Shown here: in pieces, positions 12,819 to 26,925 of the stretch | Position numbering within the stretch: the first letter of the stretch is position 1 | Layout: every line of letters begins with the position of its first letter | DNA from: Octopus vulgaris | Taxonomy: Eukaryota | Assembly (NCBI GenBank): GCA_951406725.2 | Contig: OX597824.1 | Coordinates: 11,036,001 to 11,100,000, forward strand | Length of the DNA: 64,000 nt | Direction of reading: 5' to 3' | The notes under the pieces: generated by a model | Database searches by the model: none | What the model was told of the DNA's origin: nothing | What the model saw: only the letters and a program-made list of their open reading frames with translations | Translations under genes and position numbers: made by a program

Positions 12819-13124
12819 AAGCGGCGAGCTGGCAGAAACGTTAGCACGCCAGGCGAAATGCGTAGCCATATTTCATCTGCCGTTACGTTCTGAGTTCAAA
12901 TTCCGCCGAGGTCGACTTTGCCTTTCATCCTCTCGGGGTCGATTAGATAAGTACCAGTTACGCACTGCAGTCGATGTAATCGACTTAATCCGTTTGTCTG
13001 TCCTTGTTTGTCCCCTCTATGTTTAGCCCCTTGTGGGTAATAAAGAAATAGGTATTTCGTCTGCCGTTACGTTCTGCTCAAATTCTGCCGAGGTCGACTT
13101 TGCTTTTCATCCTTTAGGGGTCGA
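12819..13124 (+). mobile_element. SINE family A with a partial tandem second unit
   Basis: The tail AAAGAAATAG runs directly into the internal GTATTTCGTCTG restart. Confidence 0.9.
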
Positions 13125-13378
13125 AAAAATACCGCCGATAATTGTTGTTGACAAATAACGGCAGTAATTTTATTCAGCTGAATACACGTCATTGATTGGT
13201 TGGAATTACCGAAATAGGTCAACTTTAACGTGAAATAACTTCGTAAATATATGTTTTTCTCAAAAATGCTAAGAGTAAAACATGTTTTATGTGACACATT
13301 CTACGAGTGTCCGAAGTTTGAAAGTGGTTAGTTACAAAAAATTATTTTTTAAATATGTCGGTGAAAAGGTAAAGACCT
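13125..13378. mobile_element. Right arm of the Merlin-like palindromic MITE
   Basis: Homologous to 14870-15121. Confidence 0.8.
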
Positions 13379-14302
13379 CATGCGTGCGTTGTATCTCGGT
13401 TTACAAGACATTTTGGTTTCGCGAGTCGTTGTACAATGCGAAATCATGGAAATTGCGGACAATACTTTTTAAATGATATACAAAGTAAATGACTAATAAA
13501 ATTTGAACAATCTTTTATTGAAATGGAGAAAATACGATTATCGTATACGCGAGACTACTTGTGTCCGTTTTTATGCTTACACTGATATAAGAAACGTTAT
13601 TGGTTACTTTTGTCACTATGCCTCATAGATTAGCAGTTAGAAAATAGTCACCTAATGCATCACAGCATAATACTAAAATGAATCGATCTTTGAGCACTTT
13701 GAATTCGCTCACCGTTTTTCTATCCTTGATGAATATATGTACATCATTCATGCATGGGTGTATGAACGGATACCTACCTACATACATACATACATATGCA
13801 CGCATGCGCACACAAACACGCACACACACATTCATACATTGCCATTTTGCTCCAACTAGACCGGTTTGTTCAGATCACCATTAAATATTTATTTCCTCGC
13901 CTTTGGTACACTTTCGCCATGCAAATTTGATGTTATGTAGGAAGCTTTTATATAAAAACTTTTCAAGCTATTCCTTACTGCTTGAATTCCAGGTTATAGT
14001 TCATTGGATATTTTATTTATAATGTTGATTTAATTAAAGATCGTTGCTATAGATAATACATCGGGTTTTATAAAGCTACTCCGTATGTATTATATTAGTT
14101 TGAGCTGCCATTATACTGTCGCTGATTTTTCTTTGTATCTTTTAATTGTTCCAACAGTCGCCTCGTTTACTATTAAACTGTTGCGCAGTTCCTGTCGAAC
14201 CGTTTGCATTTTAAAGCTGATTTAATATTTTTACATTTTTATTTTCATTGGGCGACGAGCTAGCAGAAATGTTTAGAGAAATGCTTAGCGACATTTCGTC
14301 TG

Positions 14303-15121
14303 GGATCTTTACCTTACGACCGACAGATTTTTAAAATAATTTTTTGTAACTAAACACTTTTAAACTTCGTATACTGGTAAAATGTGTCATATAAAACATC
14401 TTTTACTCTTGGCGTTGTTGAGAAAATTCTGTATTTTGGAAGTTATTTCTTGTTAAAGTTGTCGTATTTCGGTAATTTCAACCAATCAATGAAGCGTATT
14501 CAACTGAATAAAATTACTGCTGTTGTATGTCAAAAACAATTTCCGGCGGTGTATATTTCGTTTGTCACTGTTATTTATGACATATTTCATCCCAGTTGTG
14601 TTTGCATGAATAAACGAGTGTATCTGAAGCAAGTTTATTTCATGGCACCACCATAATCGTTCGTGCTTCATTTTTCATTTTTATCCGTAACTCTAACCCT
14701 AAAACCTTAACCCTAATCCTAAAACCCTAAACCTAACTCTAAAACCCTAACCCTAAAACCCTAACTCTAAAACCCTTACTCTAACCCTAAAACCCTAACC
14801 CTAACCCTAAAACCTTAAAACCAGTACAAACGCACGAACGATGTCATAAATAACAGTGACAAACGAAATATTCACCGCCGATAGTTGTTGTTGACAAACA
14901 ACGGCAGTAATTTTATTCAGCTGAATACACGTCATTGATTGGTTGAAATTACTGAAATGCGACAACTTTAACAAGAAATAACTTCCAAAATACAGAATTT
15001 TCTCAACAACGCCAAAAGTAAAAGATGTTTTATGCGACACAGTCTACAAGTATACAAAGTTTGAAAGTGTTTAGTTACAAAAAATTATTTTTTAAATCTG
15101 TCGGTCAAAAGGAAAAGATCC
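14303..15121. mobile_element. Full-length palindromic MITE (Merlin-like) with ~280-bp TIRs, 8-bp TSD and a central TAACCC/TAAAACCC array
   Basis: GGATCTTT...AAAGATCC ends; TSD TTCGTCTG at 14295-14302 and 15122-15129; inserted into a SINE A. GG termini with 8-9 bp TSD fit the Merlin superfamily (inference). Confidence 0.9.
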
Positions 15122-16624
15122 TTCGTCTGTTCTTACCTTCTGAGTTCAAATGCTGCCGATGTCGACTTTGCCTTTCATCGTTTTGGGGTCGTTATAATAA
15201 GTACCAGCTGAGCACTGGGATTGATTTAATCGACTTACCCCCTCCCCCGAACTAGCTGTCCTTGTGCCAAAATTTGAAATTAATATTTTCATTTCTAATG
15301 AAATCGCCTTTCTTGTTCATTTTTGGTTTAACACTTGAAACTATTATTTAGACCTTTGCTTGTCCAACTCATTTTCATAAGCATGACCTAAACGTCTATG
15401 TTTGCTTTCAGACTTTTAGTTAGACCTTGTTTCATACGTTCTGAGTAATATAAATCTTCCTTTTCATAAGTTCCAAGTTACTCTGGTTGATGGTTGAAAA
15501 TTGTGAATGTGTGTAACGAACTAGTGTGAATATCTTCTCTGGACCTTTTGGGGGTGCGAGAAGCAATCACTATCCGTTGCTTTAATAATCCAGATCCTCT
15601 ACCAGTCGGAAACAAGACGCAGACGTAAGTAATATATATCTACTTTATTCTCTTATGACAGTAACAGATAATTGGTATATCTGGGTATCCCTTTGGTATA
15701 GATGTGTCAGAGCTGAACGTTATCGCTGTAGAATTTACAAAGTTCAAATGCTAACGACACTGGTCAAAGATGGCGTCCGGAACAGGGAGATGATGTGGTC
15801 TGCAACAATTTGGTTAAAGCCTTCGGCCGACTGCTATCATAAAGGGACAGCGAGAAAATATACGTCCGTTGCCTTCAGTCGCTTTGTCCCAAGTCAATGA
15901 CTGCTGCTGGACGCTAGTGGTCAACGTCCTACGATCCCCTTTGCCTCGGCTAACTGCCACGTAGGCAAATGGTCCTTCTTCCGGGGCTTCGCGCATGCGC
16001 CGCTGTATAGCGTCACTACATGTGTATAATATATAATGTATGGATGCCATGGAAATGAGTTCTGTGTATCATATGTGATATACAGGACAGGCAAAGAGTT
16101 AAGCTCAAAAATTAGCAAAATGAAAAAATTAAACAAATCATACAAATTCCTTTAACTTACATCTGTCTTAATGTCTTAGAAGTGAAATGGAGCAAAACTT
16201 AACGAAAATAAAATTTCGGAAAGGAGACGACAAAATGACTTAGTTGTATTTCTAAATGATATAGGTAAAGTAATAAGGAATGTTACACATTCATATCTGT
16301 GTATACGTGCATCCCCACTCTTGGCACTATTTTGTAGTGAATAGTACAAACTGTGTGTAAAGTACATAATGTATTACTACGCAGAACGTCGTCGTCCGTG
16401 TATCAAGTAAAGATAATAAACACGTAAATATAACAATGGTTTTCAATTGGTTGTCCATCCCATCAGAACCCAAACAACACATAACAAGGAAGCCCGGAAA
16501 ATTTTCGATAACCATTCAAATCTTTCAAACTAAATGACATCTTCAAAAAACTAACTAATGACGCTCGATAAAAACTCATCAGATTCACTGACTGATCTCA
16601 GCAAAATAGATTGATGAATCAAAA

Positions 16625-16858
16625 TTGTTGACAAACAACGGCAGTAATTTTATTCAGCTGAATACACGTCGTTGATTGGTTGAAATTACCGAAATACGAC
16701 AACTTTAACAAGAAATAACCTCCAAAATACAGGATTTTCTCAACAATGCCAAGAGTAAAAGATGTTTTATGTGACACATTCTACAAGTATACGAAGCCTG
16801 AAAGTATTTAGTTACAAAAAATTATTTTTTAAATCTGTCGGTCAAAAGGAAAATATCC
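16625..16858. mobile_element. Right arm of the Merlin-like MITE
   Basis: Homologous to 14885-15121; abuts the R4-like LINE fragment. Confidence 0.85.
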
Positions 16859-16859
16859 G

Positions 16860-17253
16860 ATAATTGACTTTACAGTTCCAAATGACGAACAAATTGATAT
16901 GAGAAGTATAGAAAAATTAGCAAAGTACCAGGACCTAGCTATTGAATGACAAAGACTATGGAAAGTGCGGGTAAAATGTATCCCAGTAGTTATAGGTGCA
17001 TTTGACAACTATCCCTAAAGATCTGAACAGATGGATAGAGGAAATAGGTATAAAACCCAGTTTAGGACAGCTTCAGAAAATAGTGTTATTAGGGACAGCT
17101 AGGATACTTAGGGGGGTTCTTGGTATCTAAGGTTACTTGCTGGAACTCAATAGGAGGGTTCTTGGTGTCTAAGGCTATACTTGTTGTAGCTTAATGTTAG
17201 GATCCTTTTCTTTTCCAACAGTCTAATCTGTTGAGTGTATATAATGATGATGC

Positions 17254-17305
<52 letters not shown>

Positions 17306-17545
17306 AACAATAAGGTGCATTAGGAACTATCCCTAAAGATCTGAACAGATGGATAGAGGAAATAGGCATAAAACTCAGTTTAGGACAGCTCCAGAAAACA
17401 GTGTTATTAGAGACATCTGAGATACTTTAGGAAGGTTCTTAGCATCTAAGGTTACTTGTTGTAGCCCGATTTTAGGATTTTTTTCTTTTCCAACAGTCTA
17501 ATCTGTTGTGTGTATATGAAAATAACAACAACAACAATAATAATG
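16860..17545 (+). pseudogene. Two tandem 5'-truncated R4/Dong-like non-LTR retrotransposon 3' ends (RLE endonuclease C-terminus)
   Basis: Translates IIDFTVPNDEQIDMRSIEKLAKYQDLAIE*QRLWKVRVKCIPVVIGA/TIPKDLNRWIEEIGIKPSLGQLQKIVLLGTARILRGVLGI* (stop at 17128-17130); a second copy starts near 17313; each is followed by AAT/GAT/AAC repeats. Confidence 0.85.
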
Positions 17546-18070
17546 TTAATGTTTTAGATTTGGCACAAGGCCAGCAATTTTTTAGGGGGAGGCGTTAGTC
17601 GATTACATCTACTCCAATGCTCAAGTGGTACATATTTTATCGACTTCGACGTTTGGAACGTAAAGCCGAAAGAAATACCGCCAAGTATTTTTATCCGACG
17701 ATCTAACGATTCTTTATTAACCACCAAGGGTTCGCAATGACATTGGGGATGGGACAGGACGATACGATGAGGATTACGTAAAGGATCGAGTAAAAAAAGA
17801 GAACAGTAACAATAAATTGTAACAAAAATAAGATAACGACTCTCTGGGTCTTCTTCTTCTTCTGTTCGTTTCCAGTCATCAGTTTTTATCTCGTTAAATA
17901 TATTCGTAAACTTGGCAAAAAGAACAAAAGCTTATCTCTTGTCTCTTGTCAGTAAAATACATTAAAAGAAAATTAAATACGCTGATTTGCAAATATTTAT
18001 TCGGATTCGAATTCTTTTGCTAAACTCTCTCTCCGCCTCCCCCCCCTCTCTCTCTCTCTGCGTGCGTGCT

Positions 18071-18118
<48 letters not shown>

Positions 18119-18529
18119 TATATTGAAACAGATTTACAAGCGAAAATACCGGATGAATAATAGACTGACGACGGCGAAACCTCACAATATACCCGCAAGT
18201 CGTCTGAAGTGAATTTTCCTGATTCAATTTCTTTTTTCTTTTTCATCTTTTTAATATATATTTTTAAACGATGAAATTCCATTTTCTTCTATTAAAGTTA
18301 CTCGAATACTTGTATGAAACCAAAACTGCATTTTATTCAATTAAAATTGCTGAAATACCATAAAGGAATTGTATTTCATATCGGAGTGCCTTGATCTGAG
18401 ATGGTGTGTGTGGAAACTGAAACATTTATATCATGGGGGAGTGAAGATAGCCATTTAAAATATACACCGTTATATATTCACTTATGTTTTGTACTAACAC
18501 TGTATAAACAACCTTAAATTAAGAATGAC

Positions 18530-18870
18530 TCTGTGGTAAGAAGTTTGCTTCCCAACCATATGGCACTTTGGGTGAATGTCTTCTTCTATAGCCTTGGGCC
18601 GACCAAAGCATTGTGAATGGATTTGGTGGACGGAAACTGAAAGAATCCCGTCATGTGTGTATGTGTGATCTACCGCTGCTTGATAACGGGTGTCGGTTTG
18701 TTTACGTCCTCGAGACTTAGGGGCTCGGTAAAGAGAGACGAATAAAATAACTGCCTGGTTTCAAAAAAATAAGTACTGGAGTCGATTCTTTCGACTAAAA
18801 ACTCTTCAAGGCGGTACCCAACATTTCCGCACTCTGATGACTGAAACAAGTAAAAAAGGATAAAAGATAT
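18530..18870 (+). mobile_element. SINE family B, diverged
   Basis: Collinear with family B. Confidence 0.75.
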
Positions 18871-20692
18871 TTTTAAAAGTCTTTAAAAGGCAGATTAACA
18901 CAGACTTGATGGAAAGAAGTTTTTGTGATAGTGCTTTTCACTATTTTCAGCTTTTCAAACACACGTGTTATACACACGCGTGCAATAAAGAGGCGTTCTT
19001 GTTGTGGTCACTGATGCAAAATAAGACAAAAATGTGTATTCGATGTAATTTAAATGACTCTTCCACAAAATAATAATATTTTCTGACATAGGCACAAGGC
19101 CTCAAATTTGAAGACCTTATTATTTGACTGGTACTAAATTTCATCCACCCCGAAGGGATGAAAGGGAAAGTTGACCTCGGTAAGATATGAACTCAGATCT
19201 TAAAGAACCAGCAGAAATATCACGAACCTTTTTTGTAAAGGAACTGCTTTTCATGAAATAATTTTTAAGATGGTCACAAGGTTACATTTGTGAAGGGATT
19301 CATATTCGATTATATTGAACTCGTCTCGAGATTGGTACATTATTTTAGAAAGTGGGAATATAAAATCAATCCTGAAGTTATTTGAATTTAGTATACAAAG
19401 AAGCATAACTAAATACCACATGGTAGTTTATTGTTGGAATGAGACAATTGGGCACATCTCTATGGGCGATTTGACACGGTTGACTGGACATTTAAACTGT
19501 TTTGATGACAATACTTTACAGCGCTGGAAGCAAACGTGCACATGCGCAGAAATATACAAATCCAGATAGAAAGAGTATAAGAGGGGATATAGGGAGGAGG
19601 GAATTTTAATTTATAAATTGAACGCGATTGGCATAAGCATAAAGAGAAATATGCTCTCACGCATAAACAGAGGAAAAGAACGAGGGAGGAAGAGGACAAG
19701 GGATGTAGTAAAACGAAAGAAGCATAAAAATCTGATGTCAAATAAGTCAGCGTCGAATCAACGACGCCAAACAAGCGACACCAAAACGGTTGCGCAAGAA
19801 CTTTTCATATCCATTTATTGTTTCTGTTACTGATAATAATTTCCGGTTCAGACACACTGCGGCACATTTGAGGAAATGAAGAGTCGATTATATCGATCCC
19901 AGTACATATATTTAACGATATCAGAAAGATCAAAGGCGATATTAATTACAAAGTATTTTTTAAAAAAACAAATAGAAACAGTAAAACATTTTGTACGGCT
20001 TTTAACAAGGGCTCAATGTCATAACGATCTTTGGGGGACGGTCATAGTCAAGAAAATATGACTCAGCACTCGAGTACTGCTATTTTATTAATTCTTAACG
20101 AATGAAAAACAAAGTTAACCTTGGAGAGAAAAGAAAGGGACGTAACAAAATACCAAGTAGCTTCTTGTCTACCAATAATGACTTCAGATTTTGGCACAAC
20201 AGCAATTTTAGGTCAAGGGAGTTAAGTCAATTACAAGGATCACCCAATCTTTAGTGCTCAAGTGGATCTTATTTTATCGACGTCGAAAAGATGAAAAGCA
20301 AAGCTGACCTCGTCGGAATTTGAACTCAAACGGTAGAGAGCCGGAAGATATGTCACAAAGAGTTATGCTCGATACGCTAAAGATTCTACTAGCTATAATA
20401 ATTACCCTTTCTCATTTTGGCACAAAACAGTTATCCTTTTTAATATGATAATTAGAATAATTGTCCTTTCTAATTTTGGCACAAGGTCAGCTATTTTGAA
20501 AGGAGGGAGCAAGCATCGACTTGAGAGCTCGACAGGTGCTTTTCTTTTTTAACGACCCGAAAGGATTGAAAGCATAGCTGACTTCGACAGAATTTGAACA
20601 CAGGAAGTAAAGAGTTGCCAGAAATGTCACTGAATATTTTTTCCGATGATCTAACGATTCTACAACTTAGGGCTTTATGTCGATGCTCTTAA

Positions 20693-21304
20693 GGATCTTT
20701 ACCTTTTGACCGACAGATTTAAAAAAATAATTTTTTCGTAACTAAACACTTTCAAACTTCGGACACTGGTAGTATGTGTCATATAAAACATCTTTTACTC
20801 TTAGCATTTTTGAGAAAAACTTATATTTAAGAAGTTATTTCACGTTAAAGTTCTCGTATTTCGGTAATTTCAACCAATTAATGACGTGTATTCAGCTAAA
20901 TAAAATTACTGCTGTTGTTTGTAAACAACAACTTCCGGTGGTGTATATTTCGTTTGTCAGTGTTATTTATGATAACCCTAACCCTAAAACCTTAAAGCTA
21001 AAACCAGTACAAACGCACGAGTGATGACATAAATAACAGTGACAAACGAAAAATACACCGCCGATAGTTGTTGTTGACAAACAACGGCAGTAATTTTATT
21101 CAGCTGAATACACGTCATTGATTGGTTGAAATTACCGAAAAAAGACTACTTTAACGTGAAATAACTTCGTAATTATAAGTTTTTCTCAAAAATGCCAAGA
21201 GTAAAAGATGTTTTATATGACACATTCTACCAGTATACCAAGTTTGAAAGTGTTTAATTACAAAAAAATATTTTTTAAATCTGTCGGTCAAAAGGAAAAG
21301 ATCC
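20693..21304. mobile_element. Full-length Merlin-like palindromic MITE (shorter centre)
   Basis: GGATC...GATCC ends; TSD GCTCTTAA/GCTCCTAA; short TAACCC core at ~20974-20995. Confidence 0.9.
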
Positions 21305-21749
21305 GCTCCTAATACTAATTACAATTTCTGACTTATACTTGAGACCACAAATTTGGGACGGGGAGAAGTGTTAATCTATTAAATCGACTCCAATGCATGA
21401 GTGGCACAACTTTTATCGACCCAACAACAAAAAATAAAAAGACGACCTCCACAAGATTTGAGATCAGAGCATAAAGAGGAGAAGTAGATAAATGCTGCGA
21501 GAAATTTTGTTCGGTACTCTATCAATTCTGCCAGATTTCATATTACAATAACAATAACGCAAGAAGGTTTTTAAAAAAAGCAGCGGAAGATCGACTAAAT
21601 AATTGTTATTTTATGGACACAAACATGAGAAAATGGGTTTTAGGGTTTTGGGGAAGTGTCGATGTTCCCATGAGATTCTGACTGACATGAGATATATCTT
21701 CGACAAAACTGACGTCAATGATGTTAAAAATATTTGGGCATTCTCTCTC

Positions 21750-21825
<76 letters not shown>

Positions 21826-21881
21826 CATGTGTATGTGTTCATATATAAATAAACTTACTTGGAAATGGATGCATCGCGTTC

Positions 21882-21912
<31 letters not shown>

Positions 21913-21971
21913 GTAATAATAATAATAATAATGATGATGATGATGATGATGATGATGATATAATAATAAAT

Positions 21972-22170
21972 AATACACGTCATTGATTGGTTGAAGTTAC
22001 CAAAATACGAGTACTTTAACGTGAAATGACTTCCTAAAAATAAGCTTTTCTCAAAAACGCTAAGAGTAAAAGATGTTTTAATATGACACATTCTACCAGT
22101 GTCCGAGGTTTGAAAGTGTTTAATTACAAAAAATTATTTTAAAAATCTGTCGGTCATAAGGTAAAGATCT
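21972..22170. mobile_element. Right arm of the Merlin-like MITE
   Basis: Homologous to 21108-21304. Confidence 0.8.
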
Positions 22171-22435
22171 CAAAAATAGATAATGTGTTTGGCTTTTTTT
22201 TTTTGGTTTTTTTCCGCATAAGGAATTTTTTTGACGATCTTTGGTTATAGGTACATATTTCTGGTGGACTCATAGTGAAAAATAAACAATGTGGGGGAAA
22301 GTGCAAAAGTTCCAATATGTAAAATGCTTATATATTCGTTTCGTTTATTCAGAATACCCAAATCTATTTTTGTATTTTCCCGGGTTGTTTCTTTTTCACT
22401 AGATATATGTACCTAACATCAAAGATCGCCGATTT

Positions 22436-22830
<395 letters not shown>

Positions 22831-23245
22831 TATTATTAATATTCAATAGTTTTTGCAGTGAAGACTATTACCAATTCACTCAACTTCTTTTTTTCTTGTA
22901 CATCCTCTCGAATATTGTTATTAGCTATTTACATTTCTCATTCCGTTTCGATACCTATCTAATAAGGGTTTCATTTGAAAACAATCGACCGCGGTTCCAT
23001 TTCTCAAACCTTGTTTTTCATATGACTATGTGCACAAGAGATTCCTGTTCTTCGGGAAGCAATATAAAGTTAGCATGCAGTTTACAGTCGTAAAAAAAGT
23101 GAAAGTAAATGTCCTAAAAATAATGAAAGTAAATTGCGGTAGAAACCGCGGAAGAGACGACAGTAACACCCCATAATTTCATGTAAACAATATACATGAC
23201 ATAACCAATGTATAGAACGTGCATTCACTTGATAACGTGAGATGG

Positions 23246-23777
23246 GGATCTTTACATTTTGACCGACAGGTTTTTAAAATAATTTTTTGTGACTAAACAC
23301 TTTCATACTTCGTATACTGGTAGAATGTGCCGCATACAACATCTTTTACTTTTGGCGTTGTTGAGAAAATTCTGTATTTTGGAAGTTATTTCGTGTTAAA
23401 GTTGTCGTATTTCGGTAATATCAACCAATCAGTGATGAATAAAATTACTGCTGTTGTTTGTCAACAACAACTTCCGGCGGTGTATATTTCGTTTGTCACA
23501 GTTATATATGACATATTTCATCTCAGTCACGTTTGTATAAATAAACGAGTGTATCTGAAGCATGTTTACTTCATGGCACCACCATAATCATTCGTGCTTC
23601 ATTTTTCATTTTTCTTAACCCTAACCCTAACCCTAACCCTAAAACCTTAACCCTAATCCTAAAATCCTAACCCTAACCCTAACCCTAAAAACCTAACCCT
23701 AACCCAAAATTCCTAATCCTAACCCTAAAACCTTAAAGCTAAAACCAGTACAAACACACGAACGATGTCATAAATAA
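23246..23777. mobile_element. Merlin-like MITE: left arm and telomeric core, right arm truncated
   Basis: Starts GGATCTTTAC; (TAACCC)n at ~23616-23735. Confidence 0.85.
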
Positions 23778-24199
23778 GTAAAAGGATAATAGACAAAGAC
23801 TGTTTGAAAAGGTTGAATGGTTCATTTCCTCTTTTTTGTAGATTATTATGCAATTGCCGAGTATTATTTAGGTATACATCAATTAAACAAGTAATGAGAC
23901 AAGAATACTATTTCCTCCCTCAAATAACAATTCCATGTTTTGAAATGTTCTGTTCTATTCGGTCAATTCCACACTTCATTATCAATTATGGTGACAGCGA
24001 GCTGGCTGCATAAGAATACGATATTTAGTTACTGATGAATAGCAGTAAACTCGACAAGGTGAACTTCCTCTGTATTTTAAACAGAGAATCGTTACATTAC
24101 TGTCGTTCCAGCTACACGCAAATATTCCATTCTTCGTAATCGTTTTAAGTGAAATTAGCATCTTAGCTCCACCCCGACATGCTTTGTTTTTTTTTAATC

Positions 24200-24810
24200 T
24201 TTATCTTTTATCTTTTACTTGTCTTAGTCATTGGACTGCGGCCATGCTGGGGCACTGCCTTGAAGTTTTTAGTCGAAGAAATCGAACACGAACTTAGTTT
24301 TAAGCCTGATACACCTATTCTTATTTCTTTATTGCCCACAAGGGGCTAAACATAGAGGGGACAAACAAGGACAGATAAAGGGATTAAGTCGATTACATCG
24401 ACTCCAGTGCGTAACTGGTACTTAATTTATCGACCCCCGAAAGGATGAAAGGCAAAGTCGACCTCGGCGGAATTTGAACTCAGAATGTAAAGACAATCGA
24501 AATACCACTAAGCACTTCGCTCGGCGTGCTAACGTTTCTGCCAGCTCACCGCCTTTGATACACCTATTCTATCGGCCTCTTTTCACAAACCAAGTTATGG
24601 GGACGTAGACAAATTAACACTAGTTGTCAAGAGATAGTAGGGAACAAATATAGCACAAAGAGCAGACTCGCGCGCGCACCCCCACACACACAAATTAGTG
24701 TATGTGTGTGTATGTATACGACGGTCTTCTTTCAGTTTCCATCTATCAAATCCATTCACAAGGCTTTGGTCTGTCAAAGGCTACAGTAGAAGACATTTGC
24801 ACAACGTGCT
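24200..24810 (-). mobile_element. SINE B interrupted by a full-length SINE A (24321-24554)
   Basis: TSD TGATACACCTATTC on both sides of the SINE A. Confidence 0.88.
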
Positions 24811-24829
24811 ATTATTGTTGTTGTTATTT

Positions 24830-25280
24830 GTTCCTTGTCGAGCCATGCCTGGCTCATAGGGCCGGGTTCCCAGTTTCCTTGGCGTATAGGTTCCTTACCT
24901 GGACGGGACTCCGGTCCGTCACAGGTGAGCTGCAAGATGCAGGAGGAAAGAGTGAGAGAAAGTTCTAAGATTCGAACCCGCGATCCCTCGACCGCGAGTC
25001 CACTGCTCTAACCACTAGGCCATGTGCCTCCACCAAATGTTCCTTCTCGAGCCATGTGAAGCTCATAAGGGTCCGTTTCCCCGGTTTCAGTGGCGTAGAA
25101 AAACCTGCACGGGATGCCGGTCCATCACAGGATTACTCATTTTTGCCAGCTGAGTGGACTGGAGCAACTTGAAATGAAGTGTTTTGCTCAAGAACACAAC
25201 GCATCGCCTGGTCCAGGAATTGAAACCACAACTTTATGATCATGAGTCCAACACCCTAACCACTAAGCCAAGCACCTCCA
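24830..25280 (-). mobile_element. Adjacent SINE C-type and SINE D-type copies
   Basis: tRNA-like heads ending near 25032 and 25280, with a shared tail type. Confidence 0.75.
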
Positions 25281-25861
25281 CATACCGTACTATTATAGCC
25301 TTTGTTAAAACTACATAAGGTTGGTAGCAAATTGTTATTAGCTAAGTTATTATTTATTGATGCATAAACATTGCTAAACAGCAAGAGAAGGACTAACCCC
25401 AGAGCAAATATTGAGTCACATTGCATCATGGGAATTTCCTTGCTGCACTGTTAAATACTAACTCCGCAGAGAATGAACATAGTTCAACGAAAATGCAGTC
25501 GTAATTATATCTATAAATGTTCTTATATAGATGATATTAGTGTTCAATCCTTGATCTTTCCCATGTGGGTATCCTCCACATGAAAATTAGACAACCCACG
25601 CTAGATCTGATCTGCTTACCTTTCAACGAGGTGATTAGTCTTATATTAAACAGGAACATATCGCAACCTCGTAATTATATCTTTTTTTATTTTTTAAGAA
25701 AAGTAAGACTGACAGTTGTTGGTGACATGCAGTGACATTTTCATTATATAAATATCAGAAAAAAGTAACGCCTGAATCGCCGCTACCATCATCAGAAGCA
25801 GCACCACCAGTGTCATCGCTATCATCATCATCATCATCATTTGATAACAATCTTTTAGCAT

Positions 25862-25893
<32 letters not shown>

Positions 25894-26209
25894 TGTATGT
25901 ATGTATCAGTGTGTGTGTGTGTGTGTGTACGTGCGTGTATGCATATAGCTTCTATTCATTGTTCGCTGAAGCCTGATCAAAGAAGGCAAAAGTAGGCCAC
26001 AAAAGCTATTTGAGACAGTTTCTTGATAACTGAGAAATCTGGACAATTTAGCGATGCAAAGCTGTGTTTATGTCATTTGTTTTCATCACTCGAGATATTT
26101 TGTTGTTGTTTAACTCTCAGTCAGTTCTGATTCAGAGAGTTATAATCAAAAGGTAGTCTATCCATAAGCATCCAGTAGTTTTGTCTTGTTTGTCAGATTC
26201 AATATATCA

Positions 26210-26460
26210 TCATCATCATCATCATCATCATAATTTAACGCTGGCATGGGTTGGACGATTTGACTGAGGACTGGCTAACCAGATGGCTGCACCAGACTCC
26301 AATCTTGATCTGGCAGAGTTTCTACAGCTGGATGCCTTCCTAATGCCAACGACTCCAAGAGTGTAGTGGGTGCTTTTACAAGCAACCGGCACGAGGGACA
26401 GTCAGGCGGTACTGGCAATGGCCACGAAAAAGTTTTTTTTTTTTACGTGTCACCTGCACA
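26210..26460 (-). mobile_element. RTE-LINE 3' UTR fragment with (GAT)n tail
   Basis: Homologous to 53350-53540, which follows an RTE ORF fragment. Confidence 0.8.
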
Positions 26461-26463
26461 GTA

Positions 26464-26880
26464 GGGATACCGGACAATTTGAAAAGTTCAATGGTTCATA
26501 TCCCATTACCGGTAGGATACAATATCTGTGACCAAGATTCTCAAAATCCGTTTGGCACGTGGCGTAGCTAGAGTGTGCTCCACCCAGGGCAACCCTTGCA
26601 TTTGATTCTCTCTCCTTTCCGTACCACCAAGCCAATAGAGGAATATATAAAACAAATCCAAAAGTGCTACCCCCATAAAAGCGTTGCCGGGGGCGGCCGC
26701 TCCCTTCACTTCTTTCCACACGATCCACCCATTCGCCCTACTTAACCCCCTTCGCTCCCTTCTTCCCGTTGTCCCCTCCTCTACGTATGCTACTGCACTT
26801 GACATTAGTGTTTAATTCCTTACATGATTACTCAGGTGTGTGGGGCATACAACACGATATGGGGCTGAAAGAGGGAAAAT

Positions 26881-26925
<45 letters not shown>

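Noticed and set aside
18165-18206. CTGACGA-CGGC-GAAAC hammerhead-like core
   Set aside because: No convincing stem II or III, and the stem I closing pair does not form; probably chance.
23616-23735. True telomere or chromosome fusion site
   Set aside because: The TAACCC tract is the internal core of a MITE, with matching flanks at 14.7 kb.
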